From assembly GCA_039714075.1 (NCBI GenBank), contig JBDLKA010000085.1, forward strand, positions 1 through 15,740: a stretch of 15,740 nucleotides of DNA, written 5' to 3'. The translations under genes and the position numbers were made by a program. Below are positions 1-8,502 of this stretch, piece by piece (positions within the stretch are counted from its first letter, which is position 1; the number at the start of each line of letters is the position of its first letter). Below the pieces are notes generated by a model. That model worked only from the letters and a program-made list of their open reading frames with translations, was not told where the DNA came from and made no database searches. The stretch comes from Candidatus Krumholzibacteriota bacterium (lineage in GTDB: Bacteria; Krumholzibacteriota; Krumholzibacteriia; LZORAL124-64-63).

Positions 1-2
1 TG

Positions 3-359
3 GCCGAACGCATCGCATTTGACGCTTCCGGCGGCGATGAAGATCTCGTGGAGCACGCTGTTAAAACCATGGGGTCAGCATTTCGGATGGTTGAAAAAGA
101 CCTGGCGGCAGCACTGGTGAGCGACAAGAGCATCACCGAAGGACCACAGCGCAACATGTTTGCCACCCGGATGCACTTACGCGCTTCGCCACGAATTCTG
201 GCTCGAATCAACAAACATCTGAAGGCTATCGAAGACATAATCACATCGGAAGTCGCCGGGAAGCAAAAAGAGTCACCGTCGGATCAACACTTGTCACTGA
301 CCATGGCCTTGCTACCGCTCAGAGGGCGCGGCCAGAACAAAACCAGCAAAGGTGAATAG
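3..359 (+). CDS. C-terminal part of a probable winged-helix (ArsR-like) transcriptional regulator, 5'-truncated by the window edge
   Basis: The frame is open from position 3 (AERIAFDASGGDEDLVEHAVKTMG...LSLTMALLPL...KGE-TAG). The helix plus terminal beta-strand pattern resembles the C-terminal halves of ArsR-like HTH proteins. The HTH itself is not in the window, so the function is inferred. Confidence 0.5.
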   Translation, partial: AERIAFDASGGDEDLVEHAVKTMGSAFRMVEKDLAAALVSDKSITEGPQRNMFATRMHLRASPRILARINKHLKAIEDIITSEVAGKQKESPSDQHLSLTMALLPLRGRGQNKTSKGE

Positions 360-360
360 C

Positions 361-1101
361 ATGGATCGCAATACTTTTGACCTATTCGCCCTGGTGACAC
401 TTCTGGTCCTGGCAGTTGTCGTACCGTTGTTCGGAACCTGGGACTTTCGACGCATGTTGCGGAAAATCGAAGAGGGACAAGCCAACGCACGTACCAGCTT
501 CTACATCTGGACCCTGATCTGGGAATGGGGTCTGGTACTGATATTTGTCGGCTACTGGATTGCAGCAGGTCGTGACATGGCCCCACTGAGCCTGGTGCCC
601 GTAGCCTCGGGGTGGCAGTGGCTGGCAATCGGCCTTGGGATTGCGGCAACAGTCCCCATAATCTGGCAAATGACTTCGATCATTGGCAGTCCCCAAAAAC
701 TGGCAGGGTTTTGTGATGAAGTGAGCTGTCTGATTGAAATGGCCCCCGGTTCTGCCCGTGAAGTTCGTCTGTTTAACGCCGTTGCGATCACGGCAGGCGT
801 TTGCGAGGAAATCCTCTACCGTGGCGTTTTGTTGGGGATTCTGACGCCGATAGTGGGTACCTGGCAAGCTGTCGCCTTGAGCTCAGTGATCTTTGGTCTT
901 GGGCACACGTACCAGGGAGGCTCCGGCATCGCTAAATCGGCATTGGTCGGATTGGTCATGGCCTTATTGACGATCTTCAGCGGTTCACTGTTCGTCGCGA
1001 TGTTCCTGCACGCCACAATTGATTTGACGAGTGGGCGGATACTGTCGGCCGCCCGGCTTGTGAAGCCGGAATTACCGGACAGGGAATTACAGACTTCCTA
1101 G
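361..1101 (+). CDS. CPBP family (Abi/CAAX type II) intramembrane glutamic metalloprotease, 246 aa
   Basis: Multiple hydrophobic helices with the family motifs EEILYRG (EExxxR), FGLGH (FxxxH) and HATID (HxxxB). ATG 361 lies 1 nt after the upstream stop and follows AAGGTG. GTG 352 is an alternative start. Confidence 0.92.
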   Translation: MDRNTFDLFALVTLLVLAVVVPLFGTWDFRRMLRKIEEGQANARTSFYIWTLIWEWGLVLIFVGYWIAAGRDMAPLSLVPVASGWQWLAIGLGIAATVPIIWQMTSIIGSPQKLAGFCDEVSCLIEMAPGSAREVRLFNAVAITAGVCEEILYRGVLLGILTPIVGTWQAVALSSVIFGLGHTYQGGSGIAKSALVGLVMALLTIFSGSLFVAMFLHATIDLTSGRILSAARLVKPELPDRELQTS

Positions 1102-1116
1102 CGTATGGCGGGAGAC

Positions 1117-1133
1117 CCCCGGCTCTGCCGGGG
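1117..1133. terminator. Short GC hairpin between convergent genes, possible terminator
   Basis: CCCCGGC-TCT-GCCGGGG forms a 7-bp stem in the 41-nt gap between the CPBP and kinase stop codons. There is no clear U-tract. Confidence 0.3.
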
Positions 1134-1142
1134 AGGAACGAC

Positions 1143-3860
1143 CTAATCATCTCGATTCCGTTCCAGCAGACGGGCCCAGCCCGTGACCAAGGCCAATGAT
1201 TCGGTGGCGCCCGTCACGAGGGCGCGCTGCACGACGATCTCCCCGCTGATTGGGTCGACGGCGTAGGAGGGCAGGAATGACGGCTCGAGCCCGGACAGGA
1301 TCCGCCGCGCCTCCCCGAAGATCAGGACGTCGCCCTCACGGCTGACCGGCACCGCAATCAGGGCTTGGGCATCATTCAAAAAGTAAATGATGTCGCTGCC
1401 GGGCGCCCACCTCGGCTGAATCCCACCGTCGGCGGAGACCCGCCAGCGCCCTTTCGCAGGGCCGAGGCCGTCGATGAAGATCTCGCTGGAGCCCGTTTCC
1501 TGGGACGAGTAGGCCAGCCAGCGCCCGTCCGGCGACACCTGGGCGAACCGTTCGGAGTAGACCGCATCGGGGTGCATGCGCCGCGTCTGTCCGGTCTCGA
1601 GGTCCAGGACACCCAGGCGCATGACCGCGTTCGAGTCCGATATCGTGTAGTGCAGTTCCCGCCCATCCGGCGTGAACGAAGTCGGGTAGTTGTCGTTGTC
1701 GTCGACAACCAACGGCTCGAGTCCGGCGCCACCCTGGCTGGAGGCCTTGTAGATGCCCCCGTGCCCCCGCTTGTCGTTCAGGACCGCCAACCAGGTCCCA
1801 TCGGGCGCGTACACCGCACTCCATTCCGACTCCGTTTCGAAGGTCAGCCGGGTCTGCAGGCCACGCTCGATCTCCAGTTGCCACAGATCCAGGGTGCCGG
1901 AACGGGTATCCGCCATCGCCAGGGCCAGCGCCTTGCCGTCGGGCGAGAAATTCATCCCGAGGGTCAGGCCCGGCAGGCCGAGGGGCCCGATTTCCTCGCC
2001 TTCCGAGCTGTAGCGAATGATGGTGGTTTTCCCTTGCCCGGCATCGGACCGGACATAGGCCAGCACGCCGGCGCGGCTGACCGAGAAAACCGAAACATGG
2101 GCGGCCCGGATGACCATGACGTTGTCCAGGACCGGGCTGGCCGGGCCGGTGAAGGCGAGGGCCGCGGTGTCGAAGGGCCGCGCCATGAGCAGGCTGTCGT
2201 GGGGATACAGCAGATGCCCGGCGGCGAACTGGGCGCTGGATTGGACCTTCAGCAGCTCCGTCTTCTGACCGGTGGCCGCCTCGACGGCCCAGATGGTGCT
2301 GTCGAGATCGGGATTGTCGTCGGACTGCGAGACGGCGATGTAGATGAAGTGCCTGCCGTCGGGCAGCCAGTGGGGCAAGCGGTGGCTGCGGACGTTTTCG
2401 TCCAGGTCGAGGCGGGTCACATCCACCGGATTGCCGCCGGAAGCGGACACCATTTTTATCGAAGTGGCGTGGCTCTCGGCAAAAACGACCTCATCGAACT
2501 GGTTCCACGATCCTCCCTTGAAATTCACCGCCGGCGCGACCCGCACCGCGGGTCCGCCGTTGATGGGCACCCGCATGATCTGGCCTTCGGAGCCGCCAAA
2601 CCCGATCTCCCGGCTGTCGTAGGACCAGAACGGGTAGATCGCCCCTTCGGTACCGTTCAGGACGCGCGTCCAGCCGTCGGCCAGGTTGCGCACCAGGATA
2701 CGCGGGATGCCGGTCGAGTCGGTGGCCGCGTAGCAAAGGTGGCGGCCGTCAGGCGAGACCTGGACCGGCCCCGGCGAGATCGGCGCCAGGTAGACCGACA
2801 TCCCTTCCGGCACGGCCACGGACGATTGCACCAACGGGCGTGGCTCGGGCGCTGGGCCGATCCGGCCGGTCAATCCGGCGAAAAGCGCACCGGCACAAGC
2901 CACCAGCAGCACCGCTGCCACGGCCCAGGGCAGGCGCGCCGCCGCGGGCTTCGGGGCCGGCAACGCAGCTTCGGCCGCCGCCGTGGACAAACCGACGATG
3001 GACGAGCTCGATCCTTCGAGGGCCACCCGTGCCTCGCCGATGTCCCGCAGGCGTTGGCGCTGATCCTTCTCCAGGCAGCGCTTGCAGATCTGGACCAACA
3101 GGGCCGAGTGGTCCTTCTCCACGCGCTCCCAGTCCGGTTCCTTGTGCAGCACGGCCGCCAGGGTATCGGTGGCCGTTTCGCCCTCGAAGAGGCGCTCACC
3201 GGTCATCATCTCGTAGAGGATCACCCCGAAGGCCCAGATGTCGCTGCGCCGGTCGACCTCGTAGCCGCGGGCCTGCTCGGGGCTCATGTAGGCCGCCGTG
3301 CCCAGCACCGTGCCCGAGCCCGTCAGGGCCTGGGTCAAGGTCGGCTGGTAGGAGTGGGATTCGGCGTCGCCCTCGGCCACGCCTTCGGCGGTGAAGGCCC
3401 GCGCCAGGCCGAAGTCCAGGATCTTGACCGTGCCTTCGCCCGAGACCTTCACGTTGGCCGGCTTCAGGTCGCGGTGCACGATGCCCTGCTCGTGGGCGTA
3501 CTCCAGCCCCCGTGCCAGCTGGCGCGTGATCTTGTCGATCTCGTTGGCCGGCAGCGAACCGCCCAGCAGACGGGTGCTCAGATCCTCACCGCCGGCCAGT
3601 TCCATGGCCAGCACCGGCTGGCCGTCGGTCTCCTCGAGGCCGTAGATCGCGGCGATGTTCTGGTGCTGCAGCGAGGCCAGGACGCGTGCCTCGCGCTGGA
3701 AGCGGGCCAGACGTTCTGCGTCCCGGGCCAACTCGGTGGGCAGCACTTTCAGGGCCACGTCGCGACCCAGTTTGGTATCGCGGGCCTTGAAGACCTCGCC
3801 CATGCCACCGCGCCCGATGGACGCAGTGACTTCATAAGGACCGATGACGCGACCGATCAT
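1143..3860 (-). CDS. Hanks-type Ser/Thr protein kinase with a transmembrane helix and C-terminal TolB-like (PD40/WD40) beta-propeller repeats, 905 aa
   Basis: Kinase motifs GRGGMGEV, VALKVL, HRDLKPAN, DFGLA, YMSPE and DIWAFG. TM segment LPWAVAAVLLVACAGALFAGL. Repeated SPDG/WLPDG/FTPDG propeller blades. ATG 3860 is preceded by GGAGGG. Confidence 0.95.
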   Translation of the reverse strand: MIGRVIGPYEVTASIGRGGMGEVFKARDTKLGRDVALKVLPTELARDAERLARFQREARVLASLQHQNIAAIYGLEETDGQPVLAMELAGGEDLSTRLLGGSLPANEIDKITRQLARGLEYAHEQGIVHRDLKPANVKVSGEGTVKILDFGLARAFTAEGVAEGDAESHSYQPTLTQALTGSGTVLGTAAYMSPEQARGYEVDRRSDIWAFGVILYEMMTGERLFEGETATDTLAAVLHKEPDWERVEKDHSALLVQICKRCLEKDQRQRLRDIGEARVALEGSSSSIVGLSTAAAEAALPAPKPAAARLPWAVAAVLLVACAGALFAGLTGRIGPAPEPRPLVQSSVAVPEGMSVYLAPISPGPVQVSPDGRHLCYAATDSTGIPRILVRNLADGWTRVLNGTEGAIYPFWSYDSREIGFGGSEGQIMRVPINGGPAVRVAPAVNFKGGSWNQFDEVVFAESHATSIKMVSASGGNPVDVTRLDLDENVRSHRLPHWLPDGRHFIYIAVSQSDDNPDLDSTIWAVEAATGQKTELLKVQSSAQFAAGHLLYPHDSLLMARPFDTAALAFTGPASPVLDNVMVIRAAHVSVFSVSRAGVLAYVRSDAGQGKTTIIRYSSEGEEIGPLGLPGLTLGMNFSPDGKALALAMADTRSGTLDLWQLEIERGLQTRLTFETESEWSAVYAPDGTWLAVLNDKRGHGGIYKASSQGGAGLEPLVVDDNDNYPTSFTPDGRELHYTISDSNAVMRLGVLDLETGQTRRMHPDAVYSERFAQVSPDGRWLAYSSQETGSSEIFIDGLGPAKGRWRVSADGGIQPRWAPGSDIIYFLNDAQALIAVPVSREGDVLIFGEARRILSGLEPSFLPSYAVDPISGEIVVQRALVTGATESLALVTGWARLLERNRDD

Positions 3861-3908
3861 GCCGCCAACCCTCCGCAACTTCGGGTGTGGAAAAGATTAA
3901 ACCCACCC

Positions 3909-3937
3909 ATTTTAGTCGGAATTAGGTCACGGCGCAA
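3909..3937 (-). promoter_or_regulatory. Putative sigma70-type promoter for the kinase gene
   Basis: The minus strand reads TTGCGC (3937-3932), a 17-nt spacer, then TAAAAT (3914-3909), about 50 nt upstream of ATG 3860. Confidence 0.5.
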
Positions 3938-4040
3938 TCCAAGTCCTGTGTTGACACTGTGGGATTGGACGAAGAGATGGAGTTCAAGCACCGCCAGCAG
4001 AAGACTGCGGGGCGCTTCAGCATAGCCACGTCCTCTGGGT

Positions 4041-5348
4041 CTACTGCGGCCAGTGCCCCGCCTCGAACCTCTTATGCCGGGCCAACCACGCCGCCAGCCA
4101 AACCGGATCCCCGGGCCCCGTCCCATTCGTAAGCGAGTCCGGCCACTGGGAATTGGCCAGTTCCTGGAACCGATCCTTCACCACGGCGCCCAGTGGATGC
4201 AGCTCCGCATCGAACTGGATCAACAACCGGTAGTTGGGATCCGAACCACCGACTTCGCAGGACAGCTGGATCTCGTCCTCGCCGTTCCGGAAGACCTGGA
4301 TCTCGAAAGCCGACAACCGCGTGGACTGCAGCAACTCCATGTATGGTGCGGGGAACTGGGGCAGGACCACCCGCACCAGGGCCGAGTCGGGTTGGGTGCT
4401 CCACCCATCGCAATTCTCGTCGATGGAGGCGCCGTTGGCGTGTTGGTCGTCGAGGATGAACACCATGGCGCCCTGGTAGGCCTTGGCGTTGTTGGTGCTC
4501 GCGCCGATGATCTCGTCCTTTCCGTCCCCGTCCAGATCCTGGTTCCGCAAATCCATCACGTGCCCTTTTACCGCGTAGTGGGAGCGGAGTGTGCCGTCCC
4601 TTTCCACGGTGCAGACCGCAGTCGGGTAGTACCGGCCATGGGTGAACCGGACGAGCACCTCAGGAAGGCCGTCGCCATCGAGGTCGGCGTAGCCAAAGAG
4701 TCGGCAGGAGAACTTGGCGGCAAGGACGTCTTCTTCCCCGAAGGCGGCGACCAGGGCGGGGATGTCCGGCCCCACCGACCAGACCAGCTCGCCCGTGGCG
4801 CGCTTCAGGCATCTGACTTCGCCTCCGTCGGGCGCAGTCCTGTCCGTGGCCACCAGGAGCAGGCCGGGGTCCCAGGGGGATTCTTCGCAGGAGACGATCG
4901 GGATCTCGTAGGGCGAGGACCAGAGCTCCAGGCCGAAGACGCCGTGCTTGCCGGCAAGGCGGTTGTCTTCCAGTGTCCAGGATGCGTGGGACCGACCGAC
5001 CATCCACAGGATACCCGCGGCAGCCACCGCCGCGACGCCGACCATGACCGCTGCCCGGATCCAGAGGGCCCGGCCGGATCCAGACGTTTTGGCCTTGCCT
5101 TGTTCCTGCTCGACGTCGCCGTTCAGGAGATCGTTCAGGGTCATTCCCAGGGCCCGGGCGATCAACAGGAGGGTCTTTTCCTGGACCCGAACCCGCTTGC
5201 CCTGCTCGATGTCGTGGATGGTCCGGTAGGTGAGTCCCGCCCTTTCGGCCAGGTCGCTCTGACTGAGGTGTTGCTGTTCACGGATTTCGCGGAGGCGGTC
5301 GAGGAAATCCCCGCGTGTCAAATCTAAGTTTTTCGTACCATTTTTCAT
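4041..5348 (-). CDS. Membrane-anchored XRE-family HTH regulator with an extracytoplasmic FG-GAP/VCBS-like domain, 435 aa
   Basis: N-terminal HTH_3 pattern (RLREIREQQHLSQSDLAERAGLTYRTIHDIEQG...IARALGMTLNDLL). One TM helix (WIRAAVMVGVAAVAAAGILWMVG). Two DxDGDG Ca-binding motifs (ADLDGDGLPEVLV, QDLDGDGKDEIIG). ATG 5348 follows GAGG, and ATG 5387 is an alternative start. Confidence 0.85.
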   Translation of the reverse strand: MKNGTKNLDLTRGDFLDRLREIREQQHLSQSDLAERAGLTYRTIHDIEQGKRVRVQEKTLLLIARALGMTLNDLLNGDVEQEQGKAKTSGSGRALWIRAAVMVGVAAVAAAGILWMVGRSHASWTLEDNRLAGKHGVFGLELWSSPYEIPIVSCEESPWDPGLLLVATDRTAPDGGEVRCLKRATGELVWSVGPDIPALVAAFGEEDVLAAKFSCRLFGYADLDGDGLPEVLVRFTHGRYYPTAVCTVERDGTLRSHYAVKGHVMDLRNQDLDGDGKDEIIGASTNNAKAYQGAMVFILDDQHANGASIDENCDGWSTQPDSALVRVVLPQFPAPYMELLQSTRLSAFEIQVFRNGEDEIQLSCEVGGSDPNYRLLIQFDAELHPLGAVVKDRFQELANSQWPDSLTNGTGPGDPVWLAAWLARHKRFEAGHWPQ

Positions 5349-5464
5349 GTCGCCAGCCTCATGGGAAACTTGGATGCAGAATTCCATGTCCGGGTGTTTT
5401 TGTGGCGGGCGAGCCTTAAAAAATCAGGATAAACACCTATGTACCTGGAATATTACAAGATATT

Positions 5465-5496
5465 CATTCCATTTCCAACCATTTCATTTCATTTCC
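5465..5496. repeat. Phased CATTTC/CATTCC direct repeats in the AT-rich divergent intergenic region
   Basis: CATTCC at 5465 and CATTTC at 5470, 5480, 5485 and 5490, with a further CATTTCC at 5562. Confidence 0.6.
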
Positions 5497-5548
5497 GTTG
5501 AGATGAAGGGTCGGGGAGGCGATGATATTATCCACGAGGGAGATATTG

Positions 5549-5625
5549 ATTAGCCGGAAGTCATTTCCAGATTTGGTCCACCCTTGGGCGAGAGGTGGAC
5601 CGAGGAAGAAAGGCTTCCGGCCAAT
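5549..5625. other. 77-nt imperfect rod-like inverted repeat (candidate structured RNA or cruciform)
   Basis: GCCGGAAG (5553-5560) pairs with CTTCCGGC (5614-5621), TTCC pairs with GGAA internally, and GGTCCACC (5575-5582) pairs with GGTGGACC (5594-5601). Confidence 0.5.
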
Positions 5626-5771
5626 TTATTTCTGGGCAACAGAAGCGTAACAGGGTCGAACATTGCGATCCGGTATTGATCGACTTTTGAAGACAATTAT
5701 GGCAATTGCTGCTAAGCTGATTCTGATCTCATAGCATTTAAATAGAAAATAGTTGTCAAGGGGGTTCCGCG

Positions 5772-6353
5772 ATGAACGGTGGCTCGAGACTGTCCGCAGG
5801 CCCATCTCTCGCCCTGCTTGCTCTTACCGCGATCATACTGCTGATGGGCGTCGGCTGCGGTGATTCCGAAGAAGGCCTTGGGCTTCCCCAGAACGGTTTG
5901 CCGAATGTTACCGGGATCTACCTGCGGGACTACAATGCCGAACCGATCGGACTCTGGGGCAACCCCAAGGGTCACGGCGTTGAGGCCTATCCCAATCCGT
6001 CCAATAGTCCTTTCACCATCAGCTTTCAGGTGCCCGAACCGATGTATGTCGATGCCTGGGTCCATCGAGCACTCGGGCCGGGTGAAACGGCCGTCACCGG
6101 GAATGCCGGTATCGGGGGGGCTGTCGTCGACGTCCACCAGCAGGGCGCTGTGAAAGTCCTGCTCTCTGAGGTCATTTCGGCCGGAGTCCATCAGGTCCAC
6201 TGGGGCGGGCGCGATGATGCCGGGGTCGAACAACCAACCGGGTTCTACCGGATATATTTCCGTTTTGGAGAGACATTGCATTTCGATGACGTGTACTTGG
6301 CTCGTGAGTACGAGGACCTTCTGCCGGGTATGGAGCCGAGATATCCATACTGA
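5772..6353 (+). CDS. Lipoprotein with a FlgD-Ig-like (T9SS-CTD-like) domain, 193 aa
   Basis: Hydrophobic leader ending in a lipobox-like MGVG-C. The sequence YPNPSNSPFTISFQVP...VKVLLSEVISAGVHQVHWGGRDDAGVEQPTGFY matches the FlgD-Ig consensus (YPNP...G.H.V.WDG.D..G...SG.Y). RBS AAGGGGG. Confidence 0.75.
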   Translation: MNGGSRLSAGPSLALLALTAIILLMGVGCGDSEEGLGLPQNGLPNVTGIYLRDYNAEPIGLWGNPKGHGVEAYPNPSNSPFTISFQVPEPMYVDAWVHRALGPGETAVTGNAGIGGAVVDVHQQGAVKVLLSEVISAGVHQVHWGGRDDAGVEQPTGFYRIYFRFGETLHFDDVYLAREYEDLLPGMEPRYPY

Positions 6354-6417
6354 TGTTGTTCCCTGAGCAGAACATGCTTGCGGCCGTTTCGGACCGCATT
6401 CGAGAAAGGATTCGGAC

Positions 6418-6939
6418 ATGAAGAAGCTTCAGTTCCGCCCAAACGGTTTCACATTTGTCGTGCTTTTTATCGTGATGTTCGGCGCGTCCCTCGCATCAGC
6501 CCAGGACAATGACCGTGCTGGTACAGTGGGTCTGAGCGCGATCATGCAGACGACGCAAAACGGCGTCTCGGTACCGATTTGGGCATCACACAGCTTTGTT
6601 ATCGAACCTTTGGTCAGTTTGGCCCACGTCAGTGACGCCGGTACCGATCTGGGATTCGGAGTTCTGTTCCGCGGCGTATTGCGTGAAGGAGATGTTCTTC
6701 CGTATCTGGGACTTCGAATCATGGGCATGATCTTCAGTCCGGAAGTCGGTGACAGTACCACCGATAAGGTCTTCGGCCCAACCTTCGGCGGCGAGTACAT
6801 TTTCGCTGACGCAGTCAGTTTGCGCGTGGAATTTCAGGCCAATTACACCAAGTCGGACGAGGAATCCATGCGATTCGGCAATCCCGGCGGATCCTCGTGG
6901 AATACGGCGACCGCGGTCATTGCAACGGTGTATTTCTAG
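6418..6939 (+). CDS. Small outer-membrane beta-barrel protein (about 8 strands), 173 aa
   Basis: Signal peptide ending ASA-Q, alternating amphipathic strands (LPYLGLR, FGGEYIF, SLRVEFQANY) and a C-terminal aromatic beta-signal IATVYF. RBS GAAAGGA. Confidence 0.8.
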   Translation: MKKLQFRPNGFTFVVLFIVMFGASLASAQDNDRAGTVGLSAIMQTTQNGVSVPIWASHSFVIEPLVSLAHVSDAGTDLGFGVLFRGVLREGDVLPYLGLRIMGMIFSPEVGDSTTDKVFGPTFGGEYIFADAVSLRVEFQANYTKSDEESMRFGNPGGSSWNTATAVIATVYF

Positions 6940-6960
6940 GAAGTTTCAGGAGCCCTTGAT

Positions 6961-8502
6961 ATGAGGGGATTACTTTACACAGGTCTTTTTATCGGCCTGG
7001 CATTCCTGGCAATCACCGGCTGTGGAGATGATCCGACATCCACCCCCACAGGCCCAGGCACCATAATAGTCGACAGCGCCCCCGATCATCTCCGAATCTC
7101 CTGGACCCTGACCAACAACCATGGCCTGACCCACAACGGCTTGAACGACGAGACGATCAAGAACATGGCCGCGGGAAGGTACACCCTGGCCTGGTGGGAC
7201 ATCCCCGGCTGGGTAACCCCGGACACGCAATCCGGCACCCTCGAAAACGGCCGGACCCTGACCTTCCGCGGCACCTATACGGAAATTCCCGTGGAGACGG
7301 GAACGATCGAAATCGCCGCGCTGCCGGAAAGCATCGCCTATTACTGGATAGTGACCGGCCCTCGCGGCATCGAAACCACCGGCGTCAACGATACCGTCCT
7401 GGAGAACATGGAGGTCGGTTCCTACACCATCACCTGGGGCTCCCTGGATGACTGGGCCACGCCGCCGAACGAAACGCTGATCCTCGAAAAAGCCGCGACG
7501 ATCACCTTCCACGGAACCTATCTGCCGTCAGGCACGATCGTGATCGACCCGACACCCGCCGACATCAACGCGCCGTGGCTGCTCTGGGGACCGGAAAACG
7601 TGTCGGGTTACGGGGCGGCCACGCTGGAAGAAATGGAGGTCGGCCTGTACGCGCTGGTCTGGAACGACGTCTCGGTCTGGGTCGCGCCGCCTCAAGAAAC
7701 CTTGGACCTGGCCATGGCCGAGACCGTGACTTTCAGCGGTTCCTATCAGGAGGATCCGGGTCTGGACGGCGAACTGCTCTTGATGCCTCCGGGCACCTTC
7801 TGGATGGGCAGCCCCGAGGACGAGGTAGGCCGGAATCCCGTGTCCGAAACCCGCCATCAGGTGACGCTGACGCGGCCGTACTATCTGGGGAAATACGAAG
7901 TGACCGAAGAGTTGTGGGACGCGGTGATGGGATCCGGGACCTCGACTTCGCAGCTACCCGTGGGGCTCGTCAGTTACATCGATGCCATTCGATTCTGCAA
8001 CGCCTATTCGCTCAAGGAAGGCTTTACCCCGGCTTATGATGGGGTCCCGTACAACTGGACCTGGAACCAGGATGCCGATGGGTATCGATTGCCGACGGAA
8101 GCGGAGTGGGAGCATGCCTGTCGCGCCGGCAGCACCACCGCATTCGCCAACGGCCCGATCACCGAACCGATCTGCGAGCTCGATCCGTACCTGGATCTGA
8201 TGGGCTGGTACTGCGGCAATTCACCGGATTCGGCCCAACCCGTGGGGTTGAAACAGGCCAACGCGTGGGGTCTTTTCGACATGCACGGCAACCAGGTCGA
8301 ATGGTGCTGGGATTGGTGGATGCGGCATCAGCCCGGGGCCGTGACCGATCCGCTGGGACCGGATAGCGGCGAATACAAGGTATTAAAGAGCGGTAGCTGG
8401 GTCTGGTATGCGGCGGGCTGTCGCTCCGCGGCTCGCGGTTGGGATATCCAAGGTGGCTCCGGCTACCCCTACGGACTCCGTCTGGCCAGATCGGTCAGAT
8501 AA
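6961..8502 (+). CDS. Lipoprotein with three PEGA-like repeats and a C-terminal FGE-sulfatase (SUMF1/EgtB/PvdO, CLec-fold) domain, 513 aa
   Basis: Lipobox ITG-C. FGE-family motifs PPGTFWMGS, KYEVT, YRLPTEAEWEHACRAG, NAWGLFDMHGNQVEWCWD and GLRLAR. RBS AGGAG. Confidence 0.92.
   Translation: MRGLLYTGLFIGLAFLAITGCGDDPTSTPTGPGTIIVDSAPDHLRISWTLTNNHGLTHNGLNDETIKNMAAGRYTLAWWDIPGWVTPDTQSGTLENGRTLTFRGTYTEIPVETGTIEIAALPESIAYYWIVTGPRGIETTGVNDTVLENMEVGSYTITWGSLDDWATPPNETLILEKAATITFHGTYLPSGTIVIDPTPADINAPWLLWGPENVSGYGAATLEEMEVGLYALVWNDVSVWVAPPQETLDLAMAETVTFSGSYQEDPGLDGELLLMPPGTFWMGSPEDEVGRNPVSETRHQVTLTRPYYLGKYEVTEELWDAVMGSGTSTSQLPVGLVSYIDAIRFCNAYSLKEGFTPAYDGVPYNWTWNQDADGYRLPTEAEWEHACRAGSTTAFANGPITEPICELDPYLDLMGWYCGNSPDSAQPVGLKQANAWGLFDMHGNQVEWCWDWWMRHQPGAVTDPLGPDSGEYKVLKSGSWVWYAAGCRSAARGWDIQGGSGYPYGLRLARSVR
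7057..7752 (+). repeat. Three tandem ~75-80 aa protein repeats (PEGA-like beta-sandwich stalk)
   Basis: Units start at 7057, 7300 and 7531. Each follows GTIxIxxxP...W...G...TxxxMxxGxYxLxW....WxxP......L.....xTFxGxY. Confidence 0.85.

Noticed and set aside
1365..4025. 886-aa plus-strand ORF antisense to the kinase
   Set aside because: Shadow ORF caused by high-GC codon bias on the coding strand. It has no recognisable motifs.
4053..5327. 424-aa plus-strand ORF antisense to the HTH regulator
   Set aside because: Shadow ORF. The minus strand carries clear HTH, TM and DxDGDG motifs.
5556..5623. GGAAG...CTTCCGGCCA resembling the ends of tRNA-Sec
   Set aside because: Only 68 nt, with no T-loop (GTTCRA), no D-arm and no TCA anticodon loop. 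It folds as a rod, not a cloverleaf.
5522..5650. Small ORF (ATG 5522 or TTG 5546 to TAA 5650) across the hairpin
   Set aside because: Shine-Dalgarno spacing is poor, the peptide has no recognisable features, and the sequence is better explained by base pairing.
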